A stretch of 64,000 nt of DNA from Deltaproteobacteria bacterium (GTDB lineage Bacteria; JAGRBM01; JAHCIT01): NCBI GenBank assembly GCA_026129095.1, contig JAHCIT010000001.1:122245-186244 (forward strand), written 5' to 3'. The position numbers and the translations under genes are program-made. A model generated the notes under the pieces. That model did no database searches and had not been told where the DNA came from. It was given only the letters and a program-made list of their open reading frames with translations. Shown here one piece after another: positions 58,895-64,000 of this stretch. How positions within the stretch are numbered: the first letter of the stretch is position 1; every line of letters begins with the position of its first letter.

Positions 58895-59863
58895 TCAGTG
58901 TGCCGCGGTCTGCTCCCGCTTTCCTCTGGCCTCAAGAAGCCGCATCAGGATTCCTTCCCGGTACGCCGCCAGCGGATCCCGGCCCTCAAGCCCCTGAATA
59001 CGGCGCTGGGCATCCACATATGCTGGTACATAACGCCACCCTTTGGGGGTCAGGGGATACAGTGTGCGAACGCCCGACATGAACGTGCGGAAAATCGTCC
59101 GGTCCGCCGCACTCCACCGGAATCCGAATTCGTCGCGGAACCGGGGCGGCAGAAGCCCGGCCGTCACGATCTTGTAGAGCCACATTGCCGGTGCAAGGGC
59201 CGGAACAGGCGGCGTCAGTGCCCAGGCGGCAATTTCACGGGCCGGTTTGCCGACCGCCAGTTCGTCAGACTCCCACATCCGGTGGCAGTATTCCATGAAC
59301 TGCGTCCAGTCGGGCGGCAGCGTCGAGTCGGAAATGCCAAACATGTAGGCGAACAGCCTGCCTTCATCCCAGAACCGGTCTTTCTCGGCGAGCGTCAGCG
59401 TCCGGACCGTCTGCTCGAATACGAAAACTGCGCTCTCCCACAGTGTAGCATGCACCCACAGGAGGGCCGGTTCCACGTTGGCCTCATAGGCGTCACCCGG
59501 CCGGTAACGGCCGACAGCTTCGGTTATTTTCCCGGTGATCGTGTCATGAAGCGCATGTACCCGGCGGGATGCGCGAATGGCAGCGTCCAGATCTCCAAAT
59601 ACCACGGCAGCGATGTTCTGGTACGTCCGCTTGAACCGGCCGTGCGGATCGGCGGTGGTATTTGAGTGCTGGTCAACACCGTGAGCAACATACGGGTGTG
59701 CCGTCTGCAGGAGCAGTGCCCGGCCACCGGCCAGGATGTTGCTCACCTCGCAGTTGATCTCCCACACCATTGAGCCGGGCCCAAACAGCCCCACCCGGGG
59801 ATCCCGCACCCTCGCGGAAACCCGCTCAATGTAATTTTCCAGATCGGCACTACTGACCGGCAT
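58895..59863 (-). CDS. MpaB/DUF2236 (ER-bound oxygenase, rubber-oxygenase-like catalytic domain) protein
   Basis: GGRALLLQTAHPYVAHGVDQHS, RFKRT, HALH, LLWVHATL; start set at ATG 59863. Confidence 0.88.
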   Translation of the reverse strand: MPVSSADLENYIERVSARVRDPRVGLFGPGSMVWEINCEVSNILAGGRALLLQTAHPYVAHGVDQHSNTTADPHGRFKRTYQNIAAVVFGDLDAAIRASRRVHALHDTITGKITEAVGRYRPGDAYEANVEPALLWVHATLWESAVFVFEQTVRTLTLAEKDRFWDEGRLFAYMFGISDSTLPPDWTQFMEYCHRMWESDELAVGKPAREIAAWALTPPVPALAPAMWLYKIVTAGLLPPRFRDEFGFRWSAADRTIFRTFMSGVRTLYPLTPKGWRYVPAYVDAQRRIQGLEGRDPLAAYREGILMRLLEARGKREQTAAH

Positions 59864-60021
59864 TCCTGATCTCCATGCTCGGGCCCAGAGGCTGACATGT
59901 GCGTCATTCCGGTTCAAGCAGTCAGTCGCTGGGACGAGTCGCAACCCTGCGCTTTCCGCATGGCTCCGCATCCGGTAAGGTAGCCAGAACACTGATTCTG
60001 GAGCCTGCACCAAAGCGAGCC

Positions 60022-61350
60022 GTGCGCGAACGCCTGCACATCTGGATTTTCACCGGTATGGCGCTTGGAGCCATCCTGGGACTCTTGCTCTGGGGAGTTG
60101 ACCGTGAGGCCGCCCTCTTCCGTCATACGGTCTGGACACTGGACCTGGTGGGGAAAACCCTTTTTATCGGTGCCCTCAAGATGCTTGTGCCCCCGCTCAT
60201 CTTTGCCACCATCGTGGCGGGGGTGACGAGCCTGCCCTCCGCCCGCGATCTGGGCGATCTTGGATGGAAAACTTTCGCATACTACCTGGCGACGACCTCC
60301 ATCGCCGTTTTCATCGGCATTGTGGCGGTTACCACGATTCAGCCGGGCAAGTGGGAAGCATCCCGGAAGATCACCGCAGCACGGCAGGCAGAACTGGCAG
60401 GGGAGGCTTCCGCAGCGGTCCACGATGCGGATACCGCAGCCCGTTATCACCGGATACAGGAACGGAAACGCACACCGGCCGGATTCGTGGGAGATATTCT
60501 CGACGAAATGATCCAGAACCCGTTCCGGGCTCTCGCCTCCGGATCGTCACTGGGTATCATCTTCTTCGCGCTGCTTCTGGGCGTGAGCTGTCTTGCCGTG
60601 GGTCGCGAGGCCGAACCGGCCGTGCAGTTCTTCCGTGCCCTGAATACCGTGGTCCTGAAACTCACCATCTGGATCATGGCCTTTTCACCTGTGGCGGTAT
60701 TCGCGCTCATGGCCGGTCTGCTCGCACAGCAGGGGCCGGACGTGTTCCATTCACTCGCCGGCTACATCGTGACAGTGATCGGCGGCATCGGCGTGCATGT
60801 CATCATCCTGCTGCTCATCTGCAAATACGCAGGCCGGATGAGCCCCCTACGGCTTCTGAGGGGAATCCGGGAAGCATGGCTCATCGCTTTTTCCACCCGC
60901 TCATCGGCGGCAACACTGCCCGTAACGCTCCGGTGCGCCGAGGAAAACCTGGGCATATCGCGCAAGGTGACAGAATTCGTCCTGCCCGTCGGAGCGACAC
61001 TCAACATGGACGGGACCGCACTCTATGAAGGTGTCGCCATCATCTTTCTCATCCAGATGTTCGGCGGCATGCCGGACGTGGGCATCACCCTGGAACCGCT
61101 TGCCCTCCTGCTCATCTTCCTGGCAGCGGTGCTGGCCAGCGTGGGAGCGGCCGCCGTTCCTGACGCAGGACTCATTACGATGGTACTTGTCGCCGGAGTA
61201 GTCGGCCTGCCCGAATACTATCTTGTCTACATCTTCGCCGTAGATGCCTTTCTGGACATGTTCCGCACCTCCACCAATGTCATGGGCGATACTGTGGGCG
61301 CGGTCGTCATGCAGCGGATTGAAGGCGGGCGGCTGAAGATCGCGGCTTAG
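60022..61350 (+). CDS. Dicarboxylate/amino acid:cation symporter (DAACS)
   Basis: LKMLVPPLIF, FSTRSSAATLP, LPVGATLNMDGTALYE, DMFRTSTNVMGD; GTG start 60022. Confidence 0.94.
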   Translation: MRERLHIWIFTGMALGAILGLLLWGVDREAALFRHTVWTLDLVGKTLFIGALKMLVPPLIFATIVAGVTSLPSARDLGDLGWKTFAYYLATTSIAVFIGIVAVTTIQPGKWEASRKITAARQAELAGEASAAVHDADTAARYHRIQERKRTPAGFVGDILDEMIQNPFRALASGSSLGIIFFALLLGVSCLAVGREAEPAVQFFRALNTVVLKLTIWIMAFSPVAVFALMAGLLAQQGPDVFHSLAGYIVTVIGGIGVHVIILLLICKYAGRMSPLRLLRGIREAWLIAFSTRSSAATLPVTLRCAEENLGISRKVTEFVLPVGATLNMDGTALYEGVAIIFLIQMFGGMPDVGITLEPLALLLIFLAAVLASVGAAAVPDAGLITMVLVAGVVGLPEYYLVYIFAVDAFLDMFRTSTNVMGDTVGAVVMQRIEGGRLKIAA

Positions 61351-61448
61351 TGCCCGAACCCGGTTCATTCCTGCCCATTGCCGTGCCTTCCGGCGGACCG
61401 CCCGGTGTGTCATCGTACCGGTGTCAACTTCTGTGAGGAGCTGTTCCC

Positions 61449-63323
61449 GTGGAGCTGAGTACCGGCAGCAATCTGGCTGTTTCTGCGGCGGCGGCGGCCT
61501 TATGCCTGATACTGACGGTGATGTTCGGCTTTCTCGCCTGGAGTGGCGTGAGGCGTGCGCCAAATGGCGCACTGGCATTATTAACCCTTGTCCTTGCTAT
61601 CCAGATGGCGGGCTATGCCGGCATGCGAACGGCCAGCAACGATGCCTCACTCGCCAAATGGTCCCAGCTCGTTACTGCCTGCACGATTACCATTATTCCC
61701 CTGTGGCTCGGTCTTGTCCGGGCGGTGGTGGGACGTCCGGCGAGGCAGGCCCTCTACTGGGCATGGGGGGCCGCAGCGTTCCTGCTGGCTTTCGTTCCTT
61801 CCGCGCTGATGCTCGGCAACGAATCGGTTGAATGGAACCGGCTCGGTGTTCACCGACATCCGGTTCCGGGCCCGTTTTACTGGGTCCATTTCATCTATGC
61901 GGCGGCGGGCATTTCCATCGGCGCCAGTTACTGGTTAGTCGAGGCCCGCCGCCATCACGGACTGTTTCCCGGCGGCGTCGGACGGCTGAAACCGGTCGCA
62001 TTTGCCGCCCTGCTGCCGGGCAGTCTCATGCTGGTGAATCTTCTGAATCTCGCCGGACTTGTCTCCTTCACCGCTCCGATGGAGCTGGTCGTTGCCGGGC
62101 TCATGCTGGCCGCCGCAACCGGCCTGTTCGAGGAGTTCGTCGCCACCCACCGGCTGCTGGAGGGCGAACTGGCCAACGTCAATCGCCTGAACGAGGAGAT
62201 ATTCCTGGGACGGGAACGGGAGCGGGAACTGGCCGAGGAAAACCAGCGGCTTCTGCGCGAGGAGATCCGCTCACTCCGGCATGAACTGGGCACCGGCACC
62301 CCCGTGTCGCGGATCGTGGGCACGTCGGCCGCCATCCAGGAACTGACCGCCCTGGTCGGCCGCGTGGCCGCCACGGAAACAACCGTGCTGATCACCGGCG
62401 AAACCGGCACCGGCAAGGAACTTATCGCCCAGGAACTCCACCGCCTGAGCCCGAGATCCGGGAAGCCGTTTCTCGCCGTCAATGTCGCGGCGCTTCCGGA
62501 ACCTCTTCTGGAGAGCGAGCTGTTTGGCCACATCCGTGGCGCCTTCACTGGCGCCGACCGGGACCGGGCCGGGCTGTTTGAACTGTCTGGCGGCGGCACG
62601 CTGTTCCTTGACGAAATCGGCGAGGCAAGCCCTGCCCTTCAGGTCAAACTGCTGCGCGTGCTCCAGGAACGGACAATCCAGCGGGTAGGATCGGCAGAAT
62701 CCATCAATGTGGATGTGCGCATCGTGGCAGCCACCCATCGTGATCTCGATAAACTCCAGCGCGAAGCAAGGTTCCGGCAGGATCTCTTTTTCCGGCTGAA
62801 TGTGATCCGCATTGACGTTCCGCCCCTCCGCCAGCGGGCCGATGATATACCGCTGCTCGCCGGGCACTTCCTGCGCAAACACGCCGAGCGGCAGCGGAAA
62901 CCCGTTCAGGGTATCTCACGTAAGGCCCTCACTGCCCTGACCGTCCATCCGTGGCCGGGAAACATCCGCGAACTCGAAAATGTAATCGAGCGGGCTGTCG
63001 CGCTGACTGAAACCGATCTCATTACTGCCGCTGACCTGCCGCCATCGATGAGTGCACCGGTTTCGGCCAGTGCGACGGCGGCTACGGAAGGCGGTGCAGC
63101 CGACCTGACCGATGCCCCGGTTCATCTCGTGACCGGACGGCCGGAACTGGCCGAACTGGAGCGCCGGTACCTTTACTACGTACTGGAGCAATGCGGCGGC
63201 GTCCGGGCTGAAGCGGCCCGGCAACTTGGTATCGACGTGACGACCCTCTACCGCCGTCTCAAGCAGTACGAACAGACCCAAGACCCCGACGCCAAAACCA
63301 GTAACGCCGGAAAGAGTAAATAA
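61449..63323 (+). CDS. Membrane-sensor (HisKA_7TM-like) sigma54-dependent enhancer-binding protein
   Basis: About 7 TM helices, coiled coil, Walker [22 protein letters not shown], Walker [19 protein letters not shown], Fis [19 protein letters not shown]; no receiver or GAF domain. Confidence 0.93.
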   Translation: MELSTGSNLAVSAAAAALCLILTVMFGFLAWSGVRRAPNGALALLTLVLAIQMAGYAGMRTASNDASLAKWSQLVTACTITIIPLWLGLVRAVVGRPARQALYWAWGAAAFLLAFVPSALMLGNESVEWNRLGVHRHPVPGPFYWVHFIYAAAGISIGASYWLVEARRHHGLFPGGVGRLKPVAFAALLPGSLMLVNLLNLAGLVSFTAPMELVVAGLMLAAATGLFEEFVATHRLLEGELANVNRLNEEIFLGRERERELAEENQRLLREEIRSLRHELGTGTPVSRIVGTSAAIQELTALVGRVAATETTVLITGETGTGKELIAQELHRLSPRSGKPFLAVNVAALPEPLLESELFGHIRGAFTGADRDRAGLFELSGGGTLFLDEIGEASPALQVKLLRVLQERTIQRVGSAESINVDVRIVAATHRDLDKLQREARFRQDLFFRLNVIRIDVPPLRQRADDIPLLAGHFLRKHAERQRKPVQGISRKALTALTVHPWPGNIRELENVIERAVALTETDLITAADLPPSMSAPVSASATAATEGGAADLTDAPVHLVTGRPELAELERRYLYYVLEQCGGVRAEAARQLGIDVTTLYRRLKQYEQTQDPDAKTSNAGKSK

Positions 63324-63492
63324 CCCGTTGCGTCATCCTGAAACCGCCCATGGCGGACCGCCACGACTTGCATAAGTTCGGCATGGTAAAATGCCATAAT
63401 CCCCTCTGTTCCGCCTCTTCAACTTATTAAACGCAAAATCTGGATAAACTATAACTGGCTGTTATTACTATATATTTTTGAAATATACGTTG

Positions 63493-63508
63493 TTGGCACA
63501 AAGCCTGT
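63493..63508 (+). promoter_or_regulatory. Candidate sigma54 promoter with variant -12 element
   Basis: TTGGCACAAAGCCTGT (GG-N10-GT), preceded by an AT-rich tract (63421-63490). Confidence 0.5.
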
Positions 63509-63555
63509 ATTCCCCTTGGCGTTACCTAAACCAGCCCATCGAAAAGAGGTTCGCC

Positions 63556-64000
63556 ATGAGTAACCGCCTGATCACCCTGTTTGTCCCTGTTTTTACCGCC
63601 CTGATGCTCGTCGGGCCGCTGGCGGCACCTGCTGTGGCCTCTCCGGAACTGCGTGCCGAGGGCCGCCACTTCAAGGCCGCCGACGGACGAACCGTGATAC
63701 TCCGGGGCATCAACGTGGCGGGCAACTCCAAAGTGCCGCCGTTCGTTCCGTTTACCGACATGTCGAAGCTCGATCCGCTGAAGGCGTGGGGCTACAACGC
63801 CATCCGCCTGCTCTTCAACTGGGAAGCCTACGAACCGTTTCCTGGCCAGTACAACGACGAATACCTGGGCCTGCTGGTCCAGATCGCCAATGCAGCCTGG
63901 CAACGCGGCATCTACACCATCGTCGATTTCCACCAGGACGGGTTTTCCCGGTACAGCGTCTCCGGATGCGGTGACGGTTTCCCCGGATGGGCCCTGCCGC
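63556..64000 (+). CDS. Secreted GH5 glycoside hydrolase, endoglycoceramidase-like (5' part, runs off window end)
   Basis: Manual translation: signal peptide MSNRLITLFVPVFTALMLVGPLAAPAVA, then DGRTVILRGINV, GYNAIRLLFNWEAYEP.PGQYNDEYL, IVDFHQD...GDGFPGWA; AGAGG RBS. Not in the ORF track. Confidence 0.88.
   Translation, partial: MSNRLITLFVPVFTALMLVGPLAAPAVASPELRAEGRHFKAADGRTVILRGINVAGNSKVPPFVPFTDMSKLDPLKAWGYNAIRLLFNWEAYEPFPGQYNDEYLGLLVQIANAAWQRGIYTIVDFHQDGFSRYSVSGCGDGFPGWALP

Noticed and set aside
63380-63396. GGCATGGTAAAATGCC as a sigma54 promoter
   Set aside because: GG-to-GC spacing is 11 nt rather than the strict 10; it is only an inverted repeat.
1-64000. CRISPR arrays, rRNA, IS elements, toxin-antitoxin or defence systems
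   Set aside because: No regularly spaced repeat-spacer arrays, rRNA-like tracts, transposase motifs or recognisable defence domains were seen by eye.

Overview
GC-rich bacterial chromosomal window. The gene styles (RpoD with a long basic N-terminal extension, sigma54 promoters, FATP-type ligase, Cys-rich lipoproteins) suggest a deltaproteobacterial/Myxococcota-like organism; this is inference only. The housekeeping backbone is the thrU-tyrU-glyT-thrT-tuf cluster, rimP-nusA-infB, dnaG-rpoD, acsA, lnt, tRNA-Arg(TCT) and tRNA-Gly(CCC). Between these lie many envelope glycosylation genes (two GT-C, four GT2, one GT4) and lipid/acyl-CoA metabolism genes. No CRISPR array, rRNA, transposase or integrase was seen. 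The most interesting items are: (1) a tandem pair of novel six-cysteine lipoproteins directly after infB, with near-identical 3' hairpins and a PHO-box-like 11-bp triple repeat before the second gene; (2) a membrane-sensor sigma54 activator lying upstream of a secreted endoglycoceramidase-like GH5; (3) two sigma54 promoters, two tandem enhancer pairs and IHF-like sites around a kinase/receiver/GMP-like/Crp locus with no adjacent activator; (4) a cNMP-domain/ABC1 kinase fusion; (5) a rifampin-phosphotransferase-like enzyme coupled to a beta-barrel protein; (6) an orphan lipase foldase; (7) a secreted TPR-GH153 protein without a pga operon; (8) a czc cluster bracketed by tRNA-Gly and a decayed copy of its 3' end. 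All family calls come from motif recognition by eye, not database searches. Several start codons were adjusted from the ORF track using RBS or homology context.
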